From: Marsupella aquatica
Taxonomy: Eukaryota; Plantae; Marchantiophyta
Direction: 5' to 3'
DNA: 64,000 nucleotides
Assembly: GCA_973895155.1 (NCBI GenBank)
Contig: OZ316894.1
Span: forward strand, 3,682,944 to 3,746,943
Shown here: positions 34,208-47,719 of the stretch, piece after piece
Numbering within the stretch: position 1 is the first letter of the stretch
Layout of the letters: each line of letters opens with the position of its first letter
Program-made: the position numbers and the translations under genes
Notes under the pieces: generated by a model
What the model was told of the DNA's origin: nothing
The model's database searches: none
What the model saw: the letters and a program-made list of their open reading frames with translations, nothing else

Positions 34208-37200
34208 TATAATATATGAAATTGAGACAAAAATGATGAGCATAGAAACAACAACTTAGGTACTAGCTTGTCTCTATGGAGTATTCAAAGAAAAGGCAAA
34301 GACCCTAATTTTCACCATCTTTGATCAGACTGTAGGGATTTTTGGCTCGTTACAAAGCTTACTCAGTCCTCTCTCGTTGGAACTAACGTGCATTTTCAGA
34401 CTTAATGATTTGTAAGGAAATATGACTTGCAAGTTGCCAATTGATCCACACACTGATATAGTTCTATCTGAGTGACGGGACTAGATTTTTGAATTCATGG
34501 CAGCTATGACACAACCCCTGTGACCTTGGTAGGTGGGAGGAACGTGAATTAGAGCCCACAAGCCTAATGCCAGTCCCTTGGACATCAATCATAGGACATC
34601 AATTAGCTCATTTATCCACCCCCATTGAAAGTACATATTGCACATGCCTGGCTAGAGTGACATTTCTGCCCCTCCCAACTAGAGTCATAGTTTAGAGACT
34701 TTTACTCTAGCTTCTCTTTAACTAGGGTGTGCTCTAACCCTAGTTGAACAGATTGTTCCTTATCTGGTCAAGTTCTAAATGATGTGAGAACACACAAAAG
34801 AGAGAGCTCTCAAGAGAGAACACACAACATATAGCAAGAGATGAGAGTTTGAAGAAAAAGAGTTATGGTGATGCTTGAGTAGACACATAACCATTAATAA
34901 AGCTTTGACTTCCTGTGGACGTAACCAACCTCCAAACAAACCACATAACAATTGAAGAAGTGTATGGTTGTAGTGTTTTTCCTGATCTGAATTCTTCCCA
35001 CAATTTAGGGGATGGAAGACGCAAAAGGGTACGTAGAGAGCATAGAGGCAAGACCTTGGCAAAAATTGAGGCAAGAGCCTGAGTGAGGATAAGAGTTATC
35101 TGGCATACATCCAGCCCCAATTTCCGCCCTAAACAAATGGTTAATTGACAACGTTACTTTAATTGAGCGTTTGTGCCTGAGTTGCCTCCTTAATAAGGCT
35201 CTATGGCTTGTTAAGCAGAATTCCAGAAACAAGTGGGCAAATTTAGATCTGGCCCTTGACATCCTAACCTCTGAAATTGAGATCACCAGCCCCACATTCT
35301 ACTCATTGTGATTAGAAGGCCTCCTACCTTGAGTCATCAGGTTAGGTTCAACTTCATTGTTTGTTTATAGTAGAGTGCTGAAAATAGGGCATTGTATGTT
35401 ATAATGCCCCCAAAAAGAGAGCTTGAGCTTGAGCTTGATTTTGAGGGGCGAGCATTGCCCCTAATGCTCTAAGAGGACCCCCTTATTGCAATTGAAGGCC
35501 TATGAGATTTATGTTTAATAATTCTAATAAAAGTAATAGTAAAATCTTCATCATGGGTTGATCCAAATCTTCTGTGCATTCATCTCCAATTGTGCCCTAT
35601 ATTACAAGAGAAAAATCACAAAGACCATTAGTATGCTGTTAGAAAGTGCTTCCAGAGTCAATAATGTACTGGTACTACGTTCACTTGTCCCAAATGAACA
35701 TTAAAGCCGTTTCAGGTGGATTTTTCCTTGTTTTGGGGAGCATGAGATGTGTATTGGCCATTTTTAGACGACAAAACAGATCATTGGGTTAGTGGACTAG
35801 CTGGATAGAAGATTTTTTCACGTGGACTCCGCGTGGGATGATTTTGTTTTGGGACCAGTATCTTCTCTTTTCACATGGCACCTTGCCTTCCACCGTCTTT
35901 ATGGAATAATTTTGAAAGTAAGACTTGACCCTCTAACCTTGTTTCATCAAAGATCTTGTGTTGACTTCTTTCATAAGTTAAAAGGGGAGAAACTCAGAAC
36001 TAGGTAACTAGGGCCGTGAGATGTTGTTCAGCACAATTTTGGCCTTTGATATAAAGACAAGTATAGGTCCTTTACTAAAAAGATCAAGACAAAACGTAGA
36101 ATATGTGTAGAAGTCGGGAGCAGAAGGGTTTGTAGGGGACTTCCTTTTATCACATTGAGCCCAATCTGAAGTCCTTAGAGGGAAGATTGTGCCTCAAAGC
36201 GACCTCCAAAGATCTTTATGCTCACCAGATCAAGGTCAGGGACATAGGAGCCCTCGTGTCAGCTGAGTGCACAAATTGCCATCTCTCCCTTCTCCTGATT
36301 TGGAGGGATAAAGAGTTAAGGACCATCTTCTCTCGTAGCTCCTGATTTAGAGGTGCGAAGAATTTATGCCACACCAGAAATTAAAGCCACTTTGTGAGGA
36401 TCCTTTTGAGTTCGTATGAAGACTGTGTTGATGGAAGTTGGAAGGTCCGGGGCACTAGTTTCATGCAAGACATAAATCTTCGCTCGTCCCTTGCCACGCC
36501 TTTTTTGCATGCCTCTCCATCTCTCCCTCAATCTGTTATTTGGTGGTTCAGGTTTTTCCTTCAACCAGACCTCTTGGACTCTTTTGCCAGAAAGCGTAGC
36601 GGAAACTGACTGGTAGAAAGAATAAAAAGAAGAAACAGATGCTTTCCATAAAGAGAGATGCGAAATGCTTTTCACCAGGTTTTTTGTGATAAAATTAAAG
36701 GTTACTTTATCATGATTTCATTGTGTGCAATGAGATCAATAACATTCCTCTAGCACGAATTTTATTCTTTGGATCCTGCACTTTTTCCTGCTGGCTTGAG
36801 TTCAAGTTTCACTTGCACTTCCTTGTTTCTTGCCTAGGGTTGTTCCCTCACATCCACCTCCCCCACCAAGTTCCCCCACGCAAAAAAAAAAGGTCTCAAG
36901 TAAGTTAACCCACATGATTGCATGTGGCCCACTCACATGAATCCCATAACCAAATTCCCTTTCCTTTCCATTTTTCTTGTTTCCATCCCAAAGCTCCTTA
37001 TACAAGTTCCAATGTAAGATGTCTTTCAAGAAATGGGATAGGCAGCTTTGATTTTCACAAGCTTGTCAACTTTGTGTTCACGAGTAGCCCCAAACTTGGT
37101 TTTCAAAGTCCACCTTTAAGACATCTTCACATATGTTTGGCACAGCTATGCCGCGAGTTGTGTCATTTGCTGACAACATTTGCTAATATGGGCTTTTGCT

Positions 37201-37869
37201 CCTAGATGGAACAGTACTGTCTTATCAAGAGCTTGAGGACTTCAGGGTTTGATTTTATGGACTTCAGTAACTCTAAGCTTACCTTCCATGTTGAAAAGTG
37301 TAGAATTGCTTACTAACCTAACCAGGAGGATCAACAACCTTTGGTGTAAACCACTTTACTAACTCAGTAACTAGGTCACAACAGGCCCGTTGGGGGACTC
37401 CCAAGTGCCTATTTCACTTCCTTCTCTTGCATTTATCTTCTGAACTTATCTCACCTATGTACCTTAGTCCTGCCTGTTGATTACATTCACGACACCACTT
37501 AGTCCTGGACTGTTTTAACAAGAATCAAATGACTGCCCCTAGTAACAGTCCCATGACACCCCTGAATGTGCCAGAAATGCGTCGTCCTCACATATTGAAA
37601 CCTAATTTCCAATGTTTGACAAGATGATCAGATGGCCATCATAACCACATTGGTCAACTTGATTCTTTAACATGGTTGCATGAATACAGGGTGTAGAAAT
37701 TGTTTCGTCGGTGAAGTCAAATGTGGAGGTACATCGAACATCAATTTCAACAAAATAACTCAGGAAGAAAATATTTTCTTTAATTCACAGTCAAAGTCTA
37801 TGTCTCACGACCTATTTCATAGAGTGAAGTCATAGGTTATAATGTTTTATAACAGCTTTTTTATAGATT

Positions 37870-37957
37870 TAGATTACACTTGTGTGCATGGATGGGCATG
37901 CGAGTCTGGGTGGTGCAGGGAGCCCATCCCGTGCATACCCACGTGTAATCAAGCTAG
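37870..37957 (+). mobile_element. Helitron-like 3' terminus
   Basis: CCCGTGCATACCCACGTG (hairpin-like), then CTAG|T at 37954-37958. A diverged copy (GGCATGGGAGTCTGGG...CTTGTGCATATGCACTGG...CTAC) lies at ~41365-41430. Confidence 0.45.
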
Positions 37958-38476
37958 TTTATTCAATTTTACAACCTATTTACTATTGAAGCCACAACGC
38001 TTCACCCAAAATAAATACCCTCCATTTTCTGCGCTCCATAGCAATGTCCACTATACAACCAATTTTATGAAACGTTGGTGTGCTCCGATTTTTAAGGAAT
38101 CTCACTTTGGTTCTACCGGCCACGTAATATCGGCGGCTTTTCCCTGCAAAAATAAATAGACACATGGGCACAAACACCTCACCGTCAGATCCCACATCCT
38201 CTCCAGATCTTAGCGGTTCACTCCATGGCTCCATGCATGCATCGCGGATGACGGCCCCACAGCATGTGACGATGTCCAGGCATGCTACAAACGCGTGCTC
38301 CGCCTCTTGTTGGCTGAAAGTTCAATTTTGTGGTGGGTACCCGAAAATAGCTCCAAAACTTTTTGGCCGCAAGATTTATACGATCTTTGAGAAATATACA
38401 GCATTCTTTGTGTTTACTTTATTATATCACATTTTTCTCTAGTTGGGAAAGACATAAAATATAATGTGAAATAATA

Positions 38477-38662
38477 TCTACTATATATATATAAAGTGGT
38501 AAATTCATAATTGGTTTTTGCGGGAGAAAAAAGTACACCTACATGAAACATAGACAAATGAAATGAACATTTAATTTATTTGTTTTCGTCTCTTTGTATT
38601 TTGTTTTTGTTTTGTTGTGAATTTATGTCTGGGAGTAGTACGGGCACTAATAACCCCCCAGT
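38477..38662 (+). mobile_element. Possible small non-autonomous Helitron remnant
   Basis: A|TCTACTATATATATATAAAG resembles plant Helitron 5' ends. A degenerate 3'-like GTACGGGCAC...CCAG|T lies at ~38638-38662. Confidence 0.3.
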
Positions 38663-39869
38663 ATAACTTCTTTTAATGGACTTGTTTTGATGGGTAGTTT
38701 AAGTGGAGGGATAAAGATTAACAAGCATATTGATTTTTTTAAAAATTTAATTTTCTATTTTCTTTCCTCCTTGTAGGGTGGGCTGTGATAGTAGACTCTG
38801 GTATTAAAACAGATAAAAACACAGGAAGAGGGATATTAATTTTTTAGAAATATTTATTTATGATTATGTTTATTGTTTCTTCTTTTTCTTGGAAGAGGGA
38901 GCGGACACTGGTAGAGAAAATGCAAGTCCAAATTAGGTTGTGGACTCCAATCTCACGTCTCCCTTTAGCCATTCTTAAATTCAATAAGAGAAATGAGTCA
39001 TTGGAAATATCTTAAGTGCTCTCGTCTCCAAATGACTGTCTAACTATGAACCTGGGGCCATTTACAGTGGGGTGTTTGTTTGAAACTGGGAGTTGTGTTT
39101 GGATGTTGCCTTGTTGAATATTGGCCGGTGTGAGATGAGTCATCAATTTTGTACCTTTTGTGCAAAATGTATGACATGTGAGAGTTAAACTTGAACACAA
39201 AGTTTAACTCAACCAGAATGCCCAAGAGAGTTTCTGGGAGTAGATGCCCAAGTAGATTTGAGAGGTTATACTCACTGACTTCTTCAGGAATCATCACTTG
39301 GTTTGCCAACATCTATTAATCCAGTGTTGCACATTTGAGGAAAAAAGGAGAATTTTCTTGTAACCAGTGGGCTACCATTTACTCCACTGAGGTGAACCAT
39401 GTGATCTCATGTGTAGACTACTTGTTTGTTTGTTGGATGTTGCACATGTGCATAGTATCTAATGAGTAGCGGTTATTTATTCCACACCGAGAAGTGCATG
39501 TGGCACTCACAACAAACAACAATTCAATCCTCATAACTCTCCTCAGCCTTCTTCCAAAGAGAAAAACATTTGGTGGCCTATGTTTTGCATCCAGTCAGGT
39601 AGAGATTCCAACTGCCAATCAAAACAACTATTCAAATCTCAAATGGTCATCTTCTTGCAAAGAGAGAAAACACTTGGTGGCCCTATGTCATAAAGCATCC
39701 AATCACATAGAGAGGTGAATTTAGGAAGCAAATGTGACAATCACGGCAGACAGTAACAATTCAATCTAACTATATAAACAATATGAACCTACTCTTTAGA
39801 GTCAAGCCTCAAGACAGAGACTTTAGGGCGTCACCAAGTTAGGGGTTGCAGTGGAAAGTAGGATTGTGG

Positions 39870-40450
39870 GCAGGGAGTCTCTAAAAATGGCACAACATGC
39901 GAGGAGTCAATGAATCTCAGTTGAATGCAAATTGGTGACTGGTGCCCAGTGTCCTCACACTATTTAGGTTCAAAGAATGCACAATTGAGACTAGTCCTCA
40001 GAAGGGAAAAATCTAATTTTATAGTTGCAATTGAAATTTACTCTTCAGCGCCTACAATCTAGAGTGAAGCTCGTAGACAATGAATCTGGGGGCATAATTA
40101 AAGTTGGGGATGTGAGTGTTACATGGGGATGAGTACTGGATTAAGGTTTTACTGAAGTTGGGATGCAAATGAAAAATGGGTATTGGGGGCAGTATGAGTC
40201 TCTGAAAATGGCACACCAGACTTCAATGTACTTAGCAATCTTTACCTTCAAAGAATCTAACTATATAGTTGTGATCAAAAGATACTCCCCAGGTAATATG
40301 GTCTACAAAGAAGCTTGTAGATCATGACTCTTGGGAGATAATTGAAGTTTGGGCTCTGAGTCTCTAAAAATGTCGCAGGGACACTCAAATGTACTCCCAG
40401 CTATTTATTAAGTTCAAAGAATGTGCACTTAAGGCTAGTGATCTCAATAG
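39870..40450 (+). repeat. Degenerate repeat cluster
   Basis: GAGTCTCT(A/G)AAAATG(G/T)C at ~39875, 40196 and 40358. TTCAAAGAAT blocks at ~39969, 40247 and 40413. Confidence 0.6.
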
Positions 40451-43400
40451 TACCAACCTCAGTTTCTGATCCTTTAGCCCTGTGTTCGAAAGGAAGATGG
40501 GAGAAAAGGCAGTAAAAAAAAACATTATCCCCGTCAGATAAGTGCCATGTTCGTATTCTTCGAGTGTACTGTAGTTGACTGACATACTTGTTGGGATGTA
40601 GAGTGACATTCTTTACACGGAACTTCAAGGAAAGAAGGGAGGGAATGTGGGTTGGTCGTTCGGTGTACTAAACCCCCCAAATCCCGTTGGGCAATCAATT
40701 TCAGCCACCTAGAATTGACCAGCCAACGACCCAAAATGTCCCAAGAAAACAACTCATAAGAAAAGGGCAATTCAACTGTTGGCAACTCGGCCAATCAACA
40801 CGAAGCAACAAACTACAAATTTACTTTACATGGAAATCCCCCTTTACAACACTGTGCTGTTCTTTCTCACCAAAAGTGTCTGATTGAGTTTCCATTTCTT
40901 TACTAACCAGATCTCCCTCGAGATTGTGTGGGCTCCCCGAACTGGACCTTCATGTGCTATAGTAACACAGTGGGGGAGAGAGACAAGTTCTCGAGTACGA
41001 CAAAGTAGCTTGAACATGGGAAAGCCTGTAATTATGTGCAACCCTATCCGTTTTGTTTTCTTGGGAATGGAAAAAGAAAATTTATTATCTTCACCGAGAA
41101 GGCCAATGAAGATTTTACCAGTTTTTCTTGGGTGTTGCTGGGAACCTTATCAATTGAGCCATAAAGGTCTCAACAGGAGATTTCAATAAGGGACATTTCA
41201 TATAGTTGCTTATTTCTTAAAGGAAAAAACTTTGGAAGAATATGGTTGATAATATAGACTATAATTTGCCATCAAAGTCTACTGTGCATGATCTACTCAA
41301 TAGATTGCACCCATATCCCTTAATTTTTCTGGTAACAGTTAGGTATTTGGACTATGTGTTTGAATGGGGACAGGCATGGGAGTCTGGGTACATAGCCCTT
41401 CTTGTGCATATGCACTGGTATTAGGGCTACTTAACAATAAGGACTGTGGGAACAAGGGAGGTCAACAGAGAAAACCCAACAAGGAAAACAGATACTGAAC
41501 ATTCTCAAACTACAGAGGAAGCCACATGAACATCCAGACCCATCCCCTTCCCTCCTAACGCACAAACAAGCACACATGAGAGTCATGCAGAAGTTAATAT
41601 GCATGCTAACCGCTCTTCTCATAAATGAATTTGACATTCTATGAATTCCATTAGACAATGATGAACATTGGAAATAAGTTGCTAATATGAAAGGGTGAAA
41701 AATGGAATACATTATGATAATGTCAATACAAAATGGTGAGTCTTTTATATTTTTCTTTTTTCTTTTACTTCTACAGAAATTATTTTATTTTTAAATGCAG
41801 GACAGAGCCTGGCTCATAGAAATCAAAATTTTATGGGCAAATCAAGACAATGATAATACTAAATAAACAAGAGAATTAGGATTGAATGAGGTAGCCTTTT
41901 GCTCAAGGTGTCATTGTAACCCAGCTGAATACTAAGATAACCCAAAAATAGGCTGGAAAATATATAGGTAACATTTCCTCTTTAAATAACTACAGCGTTA
42001 GAGGCATTTAGACATGGTAAATAGAGTTTATTGAAGCTGGGGGTCTCAAAATACCATAGGCTCCACTTCAAACTTCATTCACTTTTATTTGCATCCAAAA
42101 AGATGATGGCCCCATGTCTGAGTAGTTTGATACCAGTGAGAGACAGTGTGAGTTCAAAGTTTAACACAACTACGCAATTTCTCAAAGGTAGTTTTATGAG
42201 GAAAGCTATCTTGTGTTTGCATGTCTCTCTTCATGGGTAACCTTAGTCATGGACTTGGTTAGGTTAGTTATTTTGCACACTATATCCAAAGCGGTGTTTG
42301 GTATTCACTAATGACATTGTATTTTCAAGTTGTCTACAAAGCATTCATCACCCCGGTTGTCTGGAATTGCAATGCAAAACACCCAATGGACTCTCCACAT
42401 ATGCTTTTGGGAGTGCATAGGCACTCTTTGTACTTCGGTGACAAACTGGGAGATAGAAAGTGCCCTCCCCCACCCAAATCAAGGGAACCTGGCCAGGCCA
42501 CACTTCCCCAAGACTTCAAGGCTCCGACACCAGGGGTACATCATAGAACAAATTACATGCTCTGAACATGAGTATTGAAGGCTTCCGGTACATTCATTTG
42601 CACATGAGAAGGCCAGAGTTTGAAACCTCCGGATCTTGTCTTTTGTTACCATGTCTCATTTTTAGTCCAGCTCCTTTACAAGCATGGAAAGAGGAAAGGC
42701 ATACTTGAAATCCTCAAGGCAGCAAATTATCTTTCCCTCAACAGAAACAAAAAGTTAGAGTGAGGAGCTATGCAACAGGAAAATGAACCTGTTCTTATTG
42801 GGGCAGGCATTGCTTGGTTGGCTGTTGGCTTTGTTTGAATCATTATGACTCTTGGCTCCGCTCCCGCTATTTGTGGGACCTTCGTTTGCCATACACATCA
42901 TGTGTTTTCTTCTACTGACACATGCAGTAAAATCTTGTTTCCAAGTTAAAAAAACTGATCGAAAAATAAATCTATTGGATCTGAACTTGAGACATCAACC
43001 TTACTAGGTTGAAGTGTGCTACCTGCACTGAGATGCACTCTCTCCTAAATTTCTCTGGGAAACTGCTGCACTAGAAGTAGAGACCTTAGAGTTGAGTCCA
43101 AGAACAATCTGTCAGCTTGGCGCAAAATACATCCCATGGGGGCTCAATTGGAGTCGTGATGAGAGAGTTGTTTTCAAACACCTGAAATTTGAGTTAAGGT
43201 TGAGTGCAGGCTCACTGATAGAGCTACCAGTGGCAGGGCAGCTTGGGCAGTAAGGCATGAGTTCAGGCCAACTGAAGGGGAGTGAGGACAAAGTCAGAAA
43301 ACCAGAGACTGGTAAACGTGAATATCAGGGTGCCACAAGAAAGAGAAAACCAAGAGCAAAACATGGCTAGCAACATACCAGCCAAACATGCTCTGTTCCA

Positions 43401-44074
43401 AAATCAAAAGGCATTGCAGCCTATTTCCCAGGTGATCAAGTGCTGAATTTAATTTTATATTTTCCCTCTAAATTGAACTAGGACCCCCTGGGGTCCTCAC
43501 TTCCTTTGTCACACCATTATGAGCTTTTTTATGTGTGCTATTTCAGCTCTTTAGGGTTTTTGTATGTTTGGTGGGATAGTTATGCCTTGTAGTGGCTTCG
43601 AGGCTTCATCTTTTTATGTTGAGTCTTCAAGCATGAGCTTTGGCAGCAATGGTGTGGCCAACCAGATCTGAATGCATAAACGTGGGTTCCTTCAACGCAA
43701 GGTGCATGTGGCTTGACATATGTGTGATCGGATTGGACGCGATTGATTGTGTTTTGTTGATGTCAATCGGAGTAGATTCTTGTGAAGATTCTTGTGGGTT
43801 TTGAACATGTGTGGACATGAGTTTTACATGTATCCCATTCTTCTATGTTTGTCTGTGTCTATGTTTGGATGTGAGTGACATGCAATATATGTTGTGTAAC
43901 AATGTGTATGTGCATGACATTTTTCTTCCGACCCATCGTGCACAAAGAAGTTAGGTTTTTTTTTTAAATCAAATTGGGCAGAAGACTTTAAAAATATGTT
44001 GAAGGAAAATAAGGGTATTTTAATCCTAGTTTGAGAAATTTAAGAACAAGGGGGTTTTTAATTCTAAATTTGGA

Positions 44075-44355
44075 AATTCCTAGAATATTCTATAAAGTTA
44101 GGGGTAAAAAAATAAAATTTTACTTTATTTTCTTTAAATTCTGGGTGTTTATTACTTGAAAACTTTAGACATGATATGGGACCTCCCTTGGAGTGAGGCC
44201 CCCAAGCCAGGACCCATTTGACACGTGACCTGGGGTGCCTCATTCTAAGGGGGGTCCCAGTCATGCCTAATAGTTTTAGGTAAACACTGTAAAAGTACGA
44301 AAAGTAGTTTTAGAATTTTCTTAATCTCACCTTCTTGAAATATTCTCGAAATTGG
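44075..44355. mobile_element. Foldback/MITE-like palindromic element with a GC-rich central hairpin
   Basis: GGGACCTCCCTTGGAGTGAGGCCCCCAAG (44178 onward) pairs with CTGGGGTGCCTCATTCTAAGGGGGGTCCC (ending 44258). Complementarity extends outward through AAAACT.TAG.CATGA, GTGTTTA and AGAATATT. Confidence 0.7.
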
Positions 44356-47300
44356 TTTCATCATTTGTGATAATGCTCAAAATTAGAGAAAATAACCTTA
44401 ATGTTATAAGTCTTCCATTAAACTCAATAACAATATCTTATACTTATTTGGGCATGATGGGTAGAAAGAAATAAATGAAAATCCTGTTGCACTTGACCAT
44501 GCAGAACACCATGTGGTTAGGTGGTCAAGTCTTTCCCATCCCACTCACATCAAGAGAATCCAATTACTAAAAAATAATGCTATTGGGAGCAACACCTCCA
44601 AGCTTCATGCCAGGTCCCACGTGCCATTCTCAGCATGTATGAAGCAAACTTTTGGAAATCTCACTTGTAGTCCATTTATCTATCTCTTCTTTTGATACTT
44701 TTATTTGTGATCAGAGTTCACCTTTCATTACCTAGTCCATCGAAAGTAAAGTCATAAGCTTTTATATCCCTCAGAAAATGAAAATCTGATATTTGGACCA
44801 TGGTTGTGAGTAGGGACAAGCATGAGAGTCTGATAAAGGGACATTTCCTGTTCATACTCACAGGAATTTGCCTTACTCTTGAAGAAAGCGCATAAGCATG
44901 CAGATGGGCACTTGAGAAGGACCTTAAGATGAATATCATCCTGTACTATGGATAAAGCATGATAAACCCCTGGAAGACTGATGCTATGACTGTTTTGGAA
45001 CAAAGGTAAGGAGGCCATTGTCTCTGTAGGCTCGATATCTTCCATTGAACCAACTTCAAAACTCTGTAAACCAATGTCAAACGCAAACTGAAGGACCGAA
45101 ACACCAAAATTTTACCTAGAGTGTTCCTTTGGGAGAAAACAATCGAGAAGGAAAGGTGAATACAGACCACTATGGTTTACTTTGCAATATTTACCATCTG
45201 CAAAGGTTGATTCTAGAATTGCGTTAAAATAAAATAAGGCATATCCTCTGAACTTTCACACACGAGAAATGCTCAACTTTTCCACTTTTTGTAGCTCAGA
45301 TTTTTAAAATTTCAATAGCAGCTCGAGGGCAATGTTGATGGACATCACATAAGTCTCTAGCAGGGGACCACATTACTTTTTTAATCGGTCACTTTACACT
45401 CTTTATTCGAGACAATTCTCATTGGCTGTGGGTATGGGAAGGGAGCTTTCCAAACCATTGACACGGTTGCAGAGGGTGGCGCCCTTACGTATGAACTTGA
45501 GATTGGCACACAAGCTTTTGTCTCATTGGTTGTAATCTTCAAGGGACCCACGATTCTTTTTCTATCACTTCATTTATTTTTCCCCTTTTTCTATCACTTT
45601 TTTATATTCAAAAAGCTTTTCATTGCAAATGATAGGTGAATATCTTGTTAATATCGTTTTTAAGTCGGGTCCTAACAATTCACTGTTCTCGTTGGAAGGA
45701 AAACAAAACGGAGGCAAAACCCTGCCCAAGGACCTCTCGCACACACCTGGCATATGCCTTCGAGCAAAAACCCACATGTTATTATCCAGAATAGGACAAG
45801 AGCCCTGAGGGCTCTCCAACGAGAAAGAAAACACCCTACAGGAAACGAATGCATGCCAGACAAATTTTATGGAAGGCATCAGACTTGATAACACTACACA
45901 AGAAAAGACAGACAAAAGTGGCCCAGATAATAATAGTATTATTTAATTGGGTTGATTGAGATGAGATGTAATTGAAAGGAAAATGTCCACAAGTAACAGT
46001 ACCCATGAGAATTAGTAACTGAACTAAAACTCATCTATGATTATCTTTGCCCCCGCCCCCAACACACATGCACGCCCATGCATGAACACAAAATAGACTT
46101 GGATAGCATTCATAAGATACTAGTCCCAACAACTATTGAAACTACCAATCGATTACAATCGAACCAAAGTTTTTTCGTGTTGTGTCTAAAGTATTCAAAA
46201 CAAATCCAACAAGGAGTAGGAACGTGTGAAAGCAAAAAGTAACATGTGAGGAAACGAGATGGTTTGAGATAATTACTACGCAAGTAGACAAAATGGACTT
46301 TAAGTTTTGGGAATGTGAGTGAGTCAAAAGGGCGTAAGACGCACCTTGAGTTTTATTGGGAACCGACACTCACCACAATTACACACCTCCCAAAACGATG
46401 GAAATGATTATAAAGGTGGGCTAAGATCTAGGAGAGTTGGGCATGGTGAGGATTTCTTTTACATGGCAGAATACCTGGGCTGAAGAGTGATTCAGTTGGA
46501 CAAAGTACTTGACCCTCAAGTTCTCCTGTGGTGGATTCAAGGTTTTCATACATTAGTCCTTTTGAACTTTAATAATGTTCGAGTACAAACTATGGTAGCT
46601 CATACAACCACTTTAATCCTGATTAGCATAGTATCGCTGTCCTTTGGATATATCCAAGGGCACAGATTTCATCTTCTATCATCTTACCGGCAACTGCATA
46701 TACCCTAGTGGTAATGGTTCCAGATTCTGAATGGCAAAAAGTTATTTTTTAGTTGCTTTAGTTTCTCATTCTAATTTTTCCCAGCCAGGAAGTATTACAA
46801 TCTACTTTTCCCGTATTTTCGTTTATAGCTAGTCAACACATGTGTTTGTGACCTATTATAACACAGTTTCTGGGGGCAGTTGGTCACTTAAAAAGTTTTC
46901 ATGCTGTCATGTCTCCAGTTTAACATCCTCCCCTTTTCCCAAAACTGGCCACATATTTTTCCAGCTCACCCAGTTGCTTTTTAATTAGGTGTTATTCGCG
47001 GCAAATCAGATTATGACTGCTGTACAGTACAAGCATGGCAAGCTAATAAAGCTCACCTGTATGATGTTTTACACGTTTAATAAACCGATTCCATCTTACA
47101 AAAAAGAAACCAAACAGGTTCCTCTTAATCTGGGTCATACCTTCTTTGCTAGAGTGCAATTAGTCACCGGTTCATGGTTCCATTTTCACGTCTTCTCACG
47201 AGGACCCAGAGATAAGACACCACCAGTACGTTAACAAATGTTCAAATGATTGTTGTGTTGATCCCATAGTCAAAAAGTGCATTTCAGTCAATATATAGAA

Positions 47301-47719
47301 TATGCATGCAAACGTTCAAATGATTGTTTGGGTGATCCGATATCTCAGACGTGTGTTTTAGTCAAAGTTGCTAAAGAGGGTTTTGTGCTTCTTATCAATG
47401 TAAATGTGATGAAACCCTTGTAGAACAGTGGATAAGGGTAATCCTGTTTTGGAGGTTAGGAGTCAGAAAAATGATTCTGAACTATTAGATTTTGTCGACA
47501 ATGGGAAGATCAGCGAATGATTATCTGGGGTTTGGGGGTGGGGTAATGGGCATGGGAGAATCTTAGTTCATTAGGAACTACTTCTCTCAAAGTAATGTGG
47601 ATTGGATATCAGGGTATTTGGAATCTTTGGAAAAGTCAAGTTTAACGGCTATGCATGGAAAATAGGATCTTTGACATTAAACTTTTGTTAGTCTCAATTG
47701 CTTAACCTGATGAAACTTC

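Noticed and set aside
36130-36610. Possible decayed L1 C-terminal region (IWWFRFFLQ)
   Set aside because: Too degenerate to support as a feature.
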